NCBI GenBank assembly: GCA_965242865.1
Contig: CBDETK010000013.1
Span: 4,352,001-4,416,000 of the forward strand
DNA length: 64,000 nt
Source: Candidatus Latescibacterota bacterium
Lineage (GTDB): Bacteria; Latescibacterota; UBA2968; UBA8231
Direction: 5' to 3'
How positions within the stretch are numbered: the first letter of the stretch is position 1; each line of letters begins with the position of its first letter. Under the pieces are notes generated by a model that did not search any database, was not told the DNA's origin, and saw only the letters and a program-made list of their open reading frames with translations. The position numbers and the translations under genes were made by a program. Below are positions 19,082-28,554 of the stretch, piece after piece.

Positions 19082-20021
19082 CACGGACTTGCAAAACGCC
19101 CTCGACGCGAGCGATTTAGACGCTTTAGCGGCGTTGCTGCGCCGGCATCCGCACTTAGTACACCGCCGCGTCGAAGATGCACGCGGGCAGCGCTGTACCC
19201 CCTTGCAATACGCCGACCGCAGCGCCGCTAGCTTGGACGCCATGCGCCTGTTGATCGAATTCGGCGCCGACCCGAGCGAGCTAAACGACGCGCTTTTTGG
19301 GTGCTGCGAAGCCCACGATCTAGACCATATCCAGCGCCTGCTAGCCTTGGGGGTCTGCCCGGACGATGCGTACAACGAAGGCTGGGATTGCCGCGTCCTC
19401 TACGGACTTTTGCAGACCTACCAACGCTCGCCGCCCGCCCACCTACACGCCTGCGTCCAAGTGCTCGTCCAAGCGGGTGCCGCCTTTGAGGACGGTCCGA
19501 CGATGGACATGCACCGAGGCCGGCTCGACCAACTAGCGCAGCGGCTCGACCGCTGTCCCGACCTAGTCGCGGCGCGGTTCTGGCTCGACTACGGCGACCA
19601 TCTCACGCTGCGGGGCGTTACCCTCCTGCACGTGGCGGTCGAATACCGCGAACTAGAGGCCGTGCGCCTGCTGCTGGGGCGCGGGGCCGACTTGAATGCC
19701 CGCGCTGCGATCGGCGCCAACGGCGTGGGCGGCCAGACGCCCCTGTTCCACGCCATTGGCGCCAACCAAGGAACGGGCTGGGAGGCTTTCGAGTACCTGT
19801 TGGGCCGGGGAGCGGACTTGACTGTTCGAGCGCGCATCCAGCGCGACCCAGCGGCCGACGACAAAGTGATGGACTGCGTTCACAAAGGGCAGGACCACTT
19901 TTTCCCCGCCGTTGAAGAACTCACGCCGCTGGGCTATGCCCTGCGCTACGAATCCGGCGCGGGTTGGCGCGCCACCCCGCGCGAAGTGGCCCGGCTGCGG
20001 GCGCTGCAGGCCCCGGTCTAA
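19074..20021 (+). CDS. Ankyrin-repeat protein
   Basis: GVTLLHVAVE...LLLGRGADLNAR, GQTPLFHA...LLGRGADL. Confidence 0.85.
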   Translation: MNSTDLQNALDASDLDALAALLRRHPHLVHRRVEDARGQRCTPLQYADRSAASLDAMRLLIEFGADPSELNDALFGCCEAHDLDHIQRLLALGVCPDDAYNEGWDCRVLYGLLQTYQRSPPAHLHACVQVLVQAGAAFEDGPTMDMHRGRLDQLAQRLDRCPDLVAARFWLDYGDHLTLRGVTLLHVAVEYRELEAVRLLLGRGADLNARAAIGANGVGGQTPLFHAIGANQGTGWEAFEYLLGRGADLTVRARIQRDPAADDKVMDCVHKGQDHFFPAVEELTPLGYALRYESGAGWRATPREVARLRALQAPV

Positions 20022-20099
20022 GGCAATTGCTCCGAGCGGCGATATGGTTTAATTTCCCTTTTCTCAAGCAACGCACCATTTATCGAAGCAGCTTTTCTC

Positions 20100-21809
20100 G
20101 TGAACGTACCTAAACACGATATACTCATTGTCGGCGGCGGTGGCGCGGGGCTACGGGCCGCGATTGCCGCTGTCGAGCTCGACCCGAACCTCAGTGTCGG
20201 CTTGGTGTCCAAAGTGTACCCCATGCGCAGCCACACGGTGTCGGCCGAGGGCGGGTCCGCGGCCGTGCTGCGCGAGGACGACAGCTTTGACTCCCACGCC
20301 TTCGACACCATTAAGGGCAGCGACTTCCTCGCGGACCAAGACGTCGTCGAGGTATTCGTCAAGGAAGCCCGCGACGAGCTGATTCAATTGGAGCATTGGG
20401 GCTGCCCTTGGAGCCGCGACGACGATGGGCGGATCAGCGTGCGCGCTTTCGGCGGCATGTCGGTCAAGCGCACCCTGTACGCGGCCGACAAGACCGGCTT
20501 CCACATGCTGCACGCCCTTTTCCAGACTTCGCTCCGGTACGACCGCATCCAGCGCTACGACGAATGGTATGGGACGCGGCTGCTGCTCGACGACAACGGC
20601 GCGGCCTGCGGCGTGACCGCGCTCAACGTGCGCTCCGGGGCCATGGAGGCGATTCCCGCCAAGGCCGTAATCATCTGCGCGGGCGGCGGGGGGCGCATCT
20701 TTCCCTTTACAACCAACGCGGCCATCAAGACCGGCGACGGCATGTCCATGGCCTACCGAGCGGGCTGTCCCCTCAAGGACATGGAATTTGTGCAGTACCA
20801 TCCCACCGGCCTGCCGGGCACGGGCATCCTGATGACCGAGGCATCGCGCGGCGAGGGCGGCTACCTGATCAACAATAAGGGCGACCGCTACCTCAGCGAG
20901 TACCTGCCCGACAAAATGGAGTTAGGCCCGCGCGACATGGTTTCGCGGGCGTTCGTCCACGAGGAGCGCGCCGGTCGGGTCTTTTCCGGCCCGTACGGAA
21001 CCTATGTCCATCTCGATTTGCGGCACTTGGGGGAAAAGAAAATCGACGAGCGCATCCCCTTTGTGCGCGAGTTGACCAAAAACTACGTGGGCATCGATCC
21101 CGTGCATGAGCCGGTGCCCGTGCGCCCGGTGGTCCACTACATGATGGGCGGCATTCACACCGACATTACCACGGCGACGCCCATTCCGGGCTTGTACGCG
21201 GCCGGAGAAACGGCCTGTGCCACGATCAACGGCGCCAATCGCCTCGGTTCCAACTCCCTGTCCGAGCTTTTAGTCTTTGGGGCGCGGGCCGGCCGGTACG
21301 CCGCCGAGTATGCTGCCGAGGCCGAGCTGCTGCCGGACGACCGCTTGAATAAAATGGCGGCCGACGAGTGGCAGCGGATCGAACATGCGTTTTTCAAAAA
21401 CGAAGGCCGCGAGAAAATTGCCGACATTCGCACGGACCTGCAAAAGACGATGGAGCAAGGAGCGGGCATTTATCGCGAACAGGAGAGCCTAGAGGCGACC
21501 TGCGCCGAGTTAATCAAGCTCAAGGAACGCTATACGCGCGTGCAGGTTGACGACAGCTCCGCGGTTTTCAACACCGAGCTGACCACCGCGTTGGAACTGG
21601 GCTCGCTGCTCGACGTGGCCGAGGCCGTGGCCCATTCGGCGCTTTTGCGCCGGGAGTCGCGCGGCTCGCATTCGCGCACGGACTACGAGGAGCGCGACGA
21701 CGAAAACTTCCTCTGCCACTCCTTGGCGCGTCGCACCGATGGCGAGCCGCGCATTGAATACCAAGATGTCGTCATTACCCGCTGGCAGCCCCAAGAGCGC
21801 ACCTACTGA
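20100..21809 (+). CDS. frdA: Fumarate reductase flavoprotein subunit
   Basis: [50 protein letters not shown]. Confidence 0.92.
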   Translation: MNVPKHDILIVGGGGAGLRAAIAAVELDPNLSVGLVSKVYPMRSHTVSAEGGSAAVLREDDSFDSHAFDTIKGSDFLADQDVVEVFVKEARDELIQLEHWGCPWSRDDDGRISVRAFGGMSVKRTLYAADKTGFHMLHALFQTSLRYDRIQRYDEWYGTRLLLDDNGAACGVTALNVRSGAMEAIPAKAVIICAGGGGRIFPFTTNAAIKTGDGMSMAYRAGCPLKDMEFVQYHPTGLPGTGILMTEASRGEGGYLINNKGDRYLSEYLPDKMELGPRDMVSRAFVHEERAGRVFSGPYGTYVHLDLRHLGEKKIDERIPFVRELTKNYVGIDPVHEPVPVRPVVHYMMGGIHTDITTATPIPGLYAAGETACATINGANRLGSNSLSELLVFGARAGRYAAEYAAEAELLPDDRLNKMAADEWQRIEHAFFKNEGREKIADIRTDLQKTMEQGAGIYREQESLEATCAELIKLKERYTRVQVDDSSAVFNTELTTALELGSLLDVAEAVAHSALLRRESRGSHSRTDYEERDDENFLCHSLARRTDGEPRIEYQDVVITRWQPQERTY

Positions 21810-21821
21810 CTGAGAGGAGCT

Positions 21822-22568
21822 ATGAGCGACAAGACCATTGGCATCCGAGTGACCCGCTTCCGACCCGAACAGGAGGACGCCCCGACCGAGCAGGTATACG
21901 AGGTGCCCTATCAGGAGGACTGGGTCGTCCTCGACGCGCTCAACCACATCAAAGACCACATGGACGGCACCCTCTCGTACCGCTGGTCGTGTCGCATGGG
22001 CGTGTGCGGCTCTTGCGGTATGATGGTCAACGGCGAGCCTAAGCTGACCTGCGCGGCCTTTCTCAAGGATTACTACCCGAATGAGTTGGTGGTCCAGCCC
22101 CTCGCCCACTTCCCGATCATCCGCGATTTGGTCGTCGATATAGACGATTTTATGGACAAGCTCAAGGCGGTCCAGCCGTGGATCATTCGCGCGGAAGACA
22201 AGCCGGTTGCCGAAGGCGAGTATTTGCAGTCGCCTGCGGAGCTAAAGGAGTTCAAGCAGTTTAGCCAGTGCATCAACTGCCTGCTGTGCTACGCGGCTTG
22301 TCCGGTCTATGGGTTAGAAGACGTCTTCGTCGGCCCAGCAGCCCTCGCGCTTTCCTACCGCTACAACTTGGACTCGCGCGACGAAGGCTACGCCCAGCGC
22401 ACGGTGGTTGCCGCTAGCAGCGAGGGCATCTGGGAATGCACCTTTATCGGTGAGTGCTCCGTGGTCTGTCCCAAGGATGTGGACCCGGCCGCCGCGATTC
22501 AGCGCACCAAGGTCGATACGACCGCCAATTGGTTCAAATCCTTTCTCATGCCTTGGGGGAACAAATGA
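21822..22568 (+). CDS. frdB: Fumarate reductase iron-sulfur subunit
   Basis: [34 protein letters not shown]. Confidence 0.92.
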   Translation: MSDKTIGIRVTRFRPEQEDAPTEQVYEVPYQEDWVVLDALNHIKDHMDGTLSYRWSCRMGVCGSCGMMVNGEPKLTCAAFLKDYYPNELVVQPLAHFPIIRDLVVDIDDFMDKLKAVQPWIIRAEDKPVAEGEYLQSPAELKEFKQFSQCINCLLCYAACPVYGLEDVFVGPAALALSYRYNLDSRDEGYAQRTVVAASSEGIWECTFIGECSVVCPKDVDPAAAIQRTKVDTTANWFKSFLMPWGNK

Positions 22569-22969
22569 GCCAGTCGTACGAAACCTACAAGCCAAAGCTG
22601 TCGCCGGCTTGGTGGCTGAAGAGCCGACGCTACTTCCTGTTTATGATGCGCGAATTGAGCAGCGTCTTTATCGCGGCCTTCGTCCTCCTCTTTCTCTACC
22701 AGCTCTTTGCGCTGGCTGAGGGGCCGGAGGCATACGCGGCTCGCCGCTTTGTGCTGACGAAGCCGGCGTTTGTGGCCTTTTACGCGGTTGCCTTGGTCTT
22801 TGCCCTCTACCACACGGTCACTTGGCTGGGGGTCATGGGCCGCGTCCAAGTCGTGCGGCTGGGCGCGTTTACCGTGCCGCCCAAATTGGTCACGGCTGGG
22901 GCCTTCGTCGGGTTTTTCCTCGTGTCGGCGGCCGTTGGCTGCATTTTCCTGTACGCGCTAGCGCTATGA
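22565..22969 (+). CDS. frdC: Fumarate reductase membrane anchor C
   Basis: ATGA overlap; WW...[15 protein letters not shown]; 3 TM helices. Confidence 0.88.
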   Translation: MSQSYETYKPKLSPAWWLKSRRYFLFMMRELSSVFIAAFVLLFLYQLFALAEGPEAYAARRFVLTKPAFVAFYAVALVFALYHTVTWLGVMGRVQVVRLGAFTVPPKLVTAGAFVGFFLVSAAVGCIFLYALAL

Positions 22970-23328
22970 GCTACAAACGAGACAAAACCGAACCTTTCTG
23001 GTGGGGCCTGTTTTCCGCGGGTGGCGTAGTGGCCGCCATGCTGATCCCCGTGCTGATTTACTTCGTCGGGCTGGCCGAGCCGCTGGGCTGGGTCGGTTCG
23101 GAGGCGAGCGGATACGAGGCCATGCGCGCATTGCTCAGCCACCCGCTGGCCAAAGTGTTCTTTTTCGTTGTAGCCGCCCTGCCGCTCTACCACGCGGCGC
23201 ACCGCATCCGCTTCATGCTCCACGAGCTGGGGGTGCGGAAGTTGCTCCTTCCCATTCATTATTTCTGCTACGGCGGTGCCTTAGTCGGCACTGGGCTGGC
23301 GGCCTATATCTTCTTCTACCTGCTTTAA
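22966..23328 (+). CDS. frdD: Fumarate reductase membrane anchor D
   Basis: ATGA overlap; EPFWWGLFSAGG, HAAHRI, CYG. Confidence 0.9.
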   Translation: MSYKRDKTEPFWWGLFSAGGVVAAMLIPVLIYFVGLAEPLGWVGSEASGYEAMRALLSHPLAKVFFFVVAALPLYHAAHRIRFMLHELGVRKLLLPIHYFCYGGALVGTGLAAYIFFYLL

Positions 23329-23425
23329 CGGCCGACGCTGGACAAGGTGCTGCTGGCAGGTCATCGCGGAAAATAGGGCCGTGTAGCGGAGCTTAGTGGC
23401 CCCTATAAAAAAAGGAAGAATGCCG

Positions 23426-23848
23426 ATGCCCCTAGGAGACAAAAACGCCATAATCGCTGGTTGCGGGATGCACCACGTGGCCGTGCAGACACGCGATTGG
23501 GAAACGTCGCTGTGCTTTTATCGAGATATACTGGGCATGGAGGTCGTCGCCGAATTTGGTGCGCCCGAGCGCAAAATCGCGCTTTTGGATGTGGGCGACG
23601 GAAGTCATCTCGAACTCTTCGCGCCCACAGCCGAATCGCCCACACTTGAAGCCGAAAGCCCCAATGATCCGGTGACGCACTTTGCCTTGGCAGTTGCAGA
23701 CGCTCGCGCTGCCACGGAGCGGGTGCGCGAGGCCGGCTGCGAGATCACGGTTGAACCCAAGGACCTGACGCTGGACAGGCTAACCGTGACGATTGCCTTT
23801 TTCATCGGCCCCAACGGCGAAGTCGTGGAGTTTTTCCAGACTCACTAG
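23426..23848 (+). CDS. VOC/glyoxalase family protein
   Basis: HHVAV, FYRDILG, HFALAV, GPNGEVVEF. Confidence 0.88.
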   Translation: MPLGDKNAIIAGCGMHHVAVQTRDWETSLCFYRDILGMEVVAEFGAPERKIALLDVGDGSHLELFAPTAESPTLEAESPNDPVTHFALAVADARAATERVREAGCEITVEPKDLTLDRLTVTIAFFIGPNGEVVEFFQTH

Positions 23849-23861
23849 GCTGAGTTGGTAC

Positions 23862-23895
23862 AAAAAAGCGCGGGTGCCCCAAAGGCCCCGCGCTT
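23862..23895 (-). terminator. Intrinsic terminator of csp transcript
   Basis: AAGCGCGGG/CCCGCGCTT stem with T-tract on minus strand. Confidence 0.7.
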
Positions 23896-23919
23896 CTCGT
23901 ATTGTTTGAGGGGTTGGGG

Positions 23920-24159
23920 TTATTCAGGAGCTTGGGGTGCGGGGGCCGTGCCGATGACGACCACGTCTCGGGCTTGGAGGCCCTTGGGGCTGGCGACCGT
24001 TTCAAATTCCACCTGCTGACCTTCTTCTAGGGAGCGGAAACCATCGCCGCGAATGGCACTGTAATGGACGAAGACGTCGTCTTGTCCCCCGCGCTGAATG
24101 AAACCAAACCCCTTGGAACTGTCGAACCATTTGACGGATCCAGTTTGACGTTCGGACAT
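23920..24159 (-). CDS. cspA: Cold-shock protein
   Basis: GSVKWF, KGFGFI (RNP1), VFVHYS (RNP2). Confidence 0.95.
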   Translation of the reverse strand: MSERQTGSVKWFDSSKGFGFIQRGGQDDVFVHYSAIRGDGFRSLEEGQQVEFETVASPKGLQARDVVVIGTAPAPQAPE

Positions 24160-24224
24160 GATGAAGGCTACCTCCCTTTAATTGCTAATTGTGTTGATCC
24201 AACAGACTAGCGGACAAAAAAGAC

Positions 24225-24473
24225 CTAGCGCGAGTTGCGCGCCCCGGCCCCGTGTGCGCCGCGGACGAAGCCGGCCCCGGCCATGCGAATGGCCTTCTGC
24301 TGCCGGCGGATGCTCTTTTGGCGGTTGATTTTCTTCTGAACCGAGGGTTTGGTATAGAAACGCCGCTTCTTCAAGTCGCGCAATAAGCCGGCTTTGCGGG
24401 TTTTGGACGTAAAGCGCCGCAGCGCCTTTTCAAAAGGTTCGTCCGACCGGACCTCAACGCTGAAATTGCTCAT
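24225..24473 (-). CDS. rpsU: 30S ribosomal protein S21
   Basis: FEKALRRF, RRFYTKPS; RBS AGGAG. Confidence 0.92.
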   Translation of the reverse strand: MSNFSVEVRSDEPFEKALRRFTSKTRKAGLLRDLKKRRFYTKPSVQKKINRQKSIRRQQKAIRMAGAGFVRGAHGAGARNSR

Positions 24474-24519
24474 CTACTGCTCCTAACCCTTGGTTAAGTT
24501 CCTACGTAAACAAATGTAT

Positions 24520-24548
24520 ATTTTACGCTATGGATTGCTCTTAGTCAA
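24520..24548 (-). promoter_or_regulatory. Sigma70 promoter of rpsU(-cspA)
   Basis: TTGACT-N17-TAAAAT on minus strand. Confidence 0.75.
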
Positions 24549-24707
24549 GAGTCGTCTTGGTGGTCGTGCCGGCCTAAGACGAGGGGGCTACAAAAGAGTT
24601 GCGATGTTGGCCCGATGGCCTTTTTTTCCAAAAGACTCCCCGACCCTACTCAGCGGAAGTCGTGCTCGGCTTCCATATTCCTCTATCTCGCACCTAAAGG
24701 AGATGTC

Positions 24708-24902
24708 ATGGCCTTTTCGCATACAAATTCCAAGGGGGTCGCGTATGTTCTGCATCAACGGACCACGACCCTCAAAAACGGGAACTCCCAGACGATTTAT
24801 TTCTTTGCTAAGACTAAGAAGGAAGGTGCTCTCGACGCCGTGCCGAATGGTTATGAGGTGTCTGAGAGCAAAAACGGTCTGCCCGTGCTAAAGCGCGGGT
24901 AA
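24708..24902 (+). CDS. Small conserved hypothetical protein (64 aa)
   Basis: RBS AAGGAG; MAFSHTNSKG...QTIYFFAK...GLPVLKR; own terminator. Confidence 0.75.
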   Translation: MAFSHTNSKGVAYVLHQRTTTLKNGNSQTIYFFAKTKKEGALDAVPNGYEVSESKNGLPVLKRG

Positions 24903-24930
24903 GTAGCCTTCTCGGCGGTACCTCGTTCAG

Positions 24931-24978
24931 GCCGGTTCTTTTTTTCGGACTTCCCCTCGAAAAAGAACCGGCTTTTTT
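24931..24978 (+). terminator. Intrinsic terminator
   Basis: GCCGGTTCTTTTT/AAAAAGAACCGGC stem followed by TTTTTT. Confidence 0.85.
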
Positions 24979-25016
24979 GTGGGCAGTGCGGTCGCGCTTT
25001 TGCTATACTATGGGGC

Positions 25017-25736
25017 ATGGCAGCAAAAACGGTAAGAGAACAGGCCGTGGCCAACTTGCGGCAACGGCTGGCCGAAAATCCCTACGTAGGCCGCGGCATT
25101 GTCATTGGCCGGGCCGCGGCGGGGGCTTGGATGCAGGTTTACTGGATCGCGGGGCGCAGTGCCAACAGCCGCAATCGCATCTTCGTCGCCGAGGGCGACG
25201 TGCTGCGGACCGAAGCCGCCGACCCCGCGAAGTTGAGCGATCCCACGCTCATTATGTACAACGCCATGCGCGTTTGTGCGCGGCGCAGCATTGTCTCCAA
25301 TGGGGTCCATACCGACGCCATCCACGAGGGATTTGTCGCCGGCCACAGCTTGGCCGAGAGCTTGGCTGGCTGGCTACACGAGCCAGACCCGCCCAACTAC
25401 ACGCCGCGCATAGCGGGTTATGTGGATCTGGAGGCCGATGAGGCTTGGCTTGCCATACTCAAGGCCAGCCCCTTTGCGCCCGAGCGCAGCGAACGGCACT
25501 TCTTTCGCTTCGACTGCGTCGAGCCGGGCTACGGTTACGCCATCACCACGTACGATTCAGACGGCGACCCGCTGCCTTCGTTTTCTGGAGTTCCCTACCT
25601 GGTGCCCCTCGCCGACGCGCCCACCCGCCTGTGGGAAGCCCTAAACCCCGAGCACCGAATCGCGCTTGCAGTGCGCCAAATCGCGGCCGATGGCGCGATC
25701 GACACCGAGATTATCAACCGCTATGAGGCAGCCTAG
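25017..25736 (+). CDS. IMP cyclohydrolase-like protein (PurO-type Ntn fold)
   Basis: NPYVGRGIVIG, GRSANSRNR, LIMYN, SNGVHTD, EPDPPNYTPRIAG; extended -10 TGCTATACT 7 nt before ATG. Confidence 0.85.
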   Translation: MAAKTVREQAVANLRQRLAENPYVGRGIVIGRAAAGAWMQVYWIAGRSANSRNRIFVAEGDVLRTEAADPAKLSDPTLIMYNAMRVCARRSIVSNGVHTDAIHEGFVAGHSLAESLAGWLHEPDPPNYTPRIAGYVDLEADEAWLAILKASPFAPERSERHFFRFDCVEPGYGYAITTYDSDGDPLPSFSGVPYLVPLADAPTRLWEALNPEHRIALAVRQIAADGAIDTEIINRYEAA

Positions 25737-26737
25737 CCTCTCGACGAGCGGTGGCAGACGAAAAGCGCGGCCGCGAACAGGGCCACGGCCACGGCCTGAT
25801 GCAGTGAGGCCAAGGCCAAGGGCATCTGGGCGACGACAGTGCCGATCCCCAAGCCGATCTGCACCGCTACCAAGCAGAGGATTAGGCCGGCCCCGGTTTT
25901 TAGGGCCGTGCGGCGGGCTGCTACCCACAGCGCTAGCGCCAGCCCGAGGACCACAAAGGCGAAGAAGCGGTGTTGAAAGTGGACGGTGGTGGCGTTGTTG
26001 AGCAGGTTTACGAGCGGCGGCTGCATGGACCACAAGCCAGCCGGGACCCAAGCCCCGAACATCTTGGGAAAAGTATCCGCTAGGTAGCCGGCCTTGAGGC
26101 CGGCGACTAGGCCGCCAGCGGCGATCTGGAGGCAGATGGCGGCAAGCAGCCAAGCACAAAGGCAGCGCACGGCGCGGGGCACTGGCCGGACTTCTGCGTT
26201 AGACGACAGATAGCCAAAGACTTGCCAGAGGCAAGCGGCCAAAAGAGCAAAGGCGCAACAAAGGTGCAAGGTCAAGCGCAGGTGACTTACTTGGGGCCGG
26301 TCGCCTAGGCCGCTTTTGACCATCAGCCAGCCGACCAAGCCCTGTAGGGCAAAGAGCAGGCCAATGCCCAGATAGGTGGGGATGTGGGCGCGGGGAATGG
26401 CCCGGCCGCAGAGGAAATAGAGCAGGGGCACCACAAAGAGCAACCCAGCTAGCCGGCCGAGCAAGCGGTGGCCGAACTCCATGTAGTAGATAAACTTAAA
26501 TTCGTCCAGCCCCATGCCATAGTTGACGAGCTGGTATTCGGGCGTCTGCCGGTACTTGGCGAATTCGCCTTCCCAAGCCGCAGCACTCAGCGGCGGAACG
26601 ACGCCGGTGACGACGTTCCACTCGACGATGGACAGGCCCGAGCGGGTCAGGCGCACCCAGCCCCCGTACACGATGAGGACGACGATGAGGGCCGAGACCG
26701 CGAGGAGCCAGATGGCGAGTTGGCGATTGGTGGTCAT
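25733..26737 (-). CDS. ctaA: Heme A synthase (COX15/CtaA)
   Basis: GGWVRLTRSGLSIVEW, EFGHRLLGR, GWLMVKSGL, HFQHR, SLHQ. Confidence 0.93.
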   Translation of the reverse strand: MTTNRQLAIWLLAVSALIVVLIVYGGWVRLTRSGLSIVEWNVVTGVVPPLSAAAWEGEFAKYRQTPEYQLVNYGMGLDEFKFIYYMEFGHRLLGRLAGLLFVVPLLYFLCGRAIPRAHIPTYLGIGLLFALQGLVGWLMVKSGLGDRPQVSHLRLTLHLCCAFALLAACLWQVFGYLSSNAEVRPVPRAVRCLCAWLLAAICLQIAAGGLVAGLKAGYLADTFPKMFGAWVPAGLWSMQPPLVNLLNNATTVHFQHRFFAFVVLGLALALWVAARRTALKTGAGLILCLVAVQIGLGIGTVVAQMPLALASLHQAVAVALFAAALFVCHRSSRG

Positions 26738-26815
26738 GTAGCGGAGTTTGAACAAATCACTCGTAGAAAATATCCCATGGCGATATACCGCCGCAAGCAA
26801 TAGAGGGAGGTAAGC

Positions 26816-27556
26816 GTGAGACTCGCGAACAAAGATGCGTTGGTAACGGGCGGAGCTACCGGCATTGGCCGGGCTACGGCCGAGCTTTTCGCCCGAGAAG
26901 GGGCGCATGTCCACATTGTTGACTACAACGAAGCGGAGGGACGAGCCGCCGTGGAGCAGATCGAGGCAGCCGGCGGCCAAGCGCGGTTTTACGCAACGGA
27001 CGTGCGGTTGGAAGCGAGCGTGGCCGCGTCGGTCGCGCAGATCAGGGCGCACACCGCTCGCCTCGAGGTGGCGGTTTTCGCGGCCGGGGTCTTGACCGGG
27101 GCGTACAAGACCATTGAGGAGCTGTCGGAGGAAGATTGGGACGCGACGCTCGACACCAACTTGAAGGGCACCTTTCTCTCGGCCAAATACGCGACGCCGC
27201 TCTTGGCAGCCGCTGGTCAATCCGTGCTGCTGATCATCGCCTCGGGCGCGGGCGTGCGGGGCGGTTCCTCGTCCTACGCTTATGCCGCGAGCAAGGCCGG
27301 GCAGCACGGGTTGCACTACAAGCTCGAAGGCGAGTTGGGGCCTAAAGGGGTGCGCTTGCACGTGATTTGCCCCGGGGGGATTGCCACGCCGCTAAAGCTG
27401 AAGAATATCGCGCAAGGGGCCGAGGCCACAGGCCGCGATCCAGAGGAAGCAAAGCGCAACGCCGCGCTGGGGGAGCCAATGGGGGTGGCGCGGGTGCTGG
27501 CGTTTTTGGCTTCCGAGGAAGGGTCTTACGTGCGGGGGACGGTGTTCACTCGGTAG
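26816..27556 (+). CDS. SDR family oxidoreductase
   Basis: TGGATGIG, YAASK, ICPGGIAT. Confidence 0.92.
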   Translation: MRLANKDALVTGGATGIGRATAELFAREGAHVHIVDYNEAEGRAAVEQIEAAGGQARFYATDVRLEASVAASVAQIRAHTARLEVAVFAAGVLTGAYKTIEELSEEDWDATLDTNLKGTFLSAKYATPLLAAAGQSVLLIIASGAGVRGGSSSYAYAASKAGQHGLHYKLEGELGPKGVRLHVICPGGIATPLKLKNIAQGAEATGRDPEEAKRNAALGEPMGVARVLAFLASEEGSYVRGTVFTR

Positions 27557-27558
27557 CG

Positions 27559-28398
27559 TCAGACGCGCTCCCAGCGGCTGGGATCCATGCCCGGGGCCGC
27601 GGAGGCCATATTCGGGGGCTTGTTGCCGCCGTGGTAGTCCCAATGGCGCGTGTTGCGGTCGGCGAAGAGCGGCCGGATTTCGTTGGGCAAGGTCTGGAGG
27701 TCTTCTTCGCTCCAAGGGCTGATCGCGTCAACCGGCCCGGCCCAAGCGGGTCGGTAGGCGATGGCCAGCATTTCGCGCGGGTACGCCCCGACGTTGGGGA
27801 AGTTGCCGTGGAATACACGGTGGTGGATGAGCACGGCCGAACCGGCCTTGCAGGGCACCATGACTTCTTCGGGGTGGGATTCGTAGCGCGTGTAGGGGTT
27901 GGCGTGGGCGTGCAAGCACAGGTGGGAGCGCGGCACCACGCGGAACGGCGAGACGGCTGGTATGAGGTCGTCGAGATAGTAGAGCACCCGGATTAGCACC
28001 GGGCAAGAGCCTTCAAAGCCGAAAATTTTGGAGCCGTAGGGTTGGCCATCGGCGTGGAGGCTGATGCCGGGGTGGCCGGGTTCGGAGCGTGCGTAGCCGT
28101 AGTGCATGAAGATCACGTCGTCGCCCAAAAGTTCGCGCAGGAACGCGAGTGTTGGCGGGTGGCCGAGCAGGGCGGTGATTTCGCCGCCATCGAATTGGAT
28201 GTTGCTGCGGCCGCGCTGATGTTCGCTGTAATCGACGGCCTTGGTCTCGAAAGTAGCGGTGATGGCTTTGAGGCGGGCGAGGTGGTCGGCGTCGAGCAGG
28301 TCGGGCAGGACGAGGTAGCCCTCGACTTCGAGTTGGCGGATGCGCTGGCCGATAGTCAGAGCGGACCAATCGCGGTCGTCGATACGAGGTGTGGCCAT
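27559..28398 (-). CDS. Phytanoyl-CoA dioxygenase-family Fe(II)/2OG enzyme
   Basis: GYLVLPD, HAD (HxD), VPRSH, distal HG. Confidence 0.85.
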   Translation of the reverse strand: MATPRIDDRDWSALTIGQRIRQLEVEGYLVLPDLLDADHLARLKAITATFETKAVDYSEHQRGRSNIQFDGGEITALLGHPPTLAFLRELLGDDVIFMHYGYARSEPGHPGISLHADGQPYGSKIFGFEGSCPVLIRVLYYLDDLIPAVSPFRVVPRSHLCLHAHANPYTRYESHPEEVMVPCKAGSAVLIHHRVFHGNFPNVGAYPREMLAIAYRPAWAGPVDAISPWSEEDLQTLPNEIRPLFADRNTRHWDYHGGNKPPNMASAAPGMDPSRWERV

Positions 28399-28554
28399 GG
28401 GGATCCTCCTCTACGGGGGTGTGGCCCAAGAGGATACGGGATTGAGCAGCCGCAATCAACGGCGGTGAGTTGCAGAGAGCGGTCTGAAGTGATTTTATGG
28501 TGCTTGCGTAGAAAGCCCATATTCGACTCGAGACGGAAGGAGATTATTCAAACC

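Noticed and set aside
26738-27361. Long N-terminal extension of CtaA in the ORF track
   Set aside because: Antisense shadow of the SDR gene; CtaA homology starts at 26737
28042-28554. N-terminal extension of the TonB receptor
   Set aside because: Largely antisense to the dioxygenase gene; signal peptide follows the ATG at 28555
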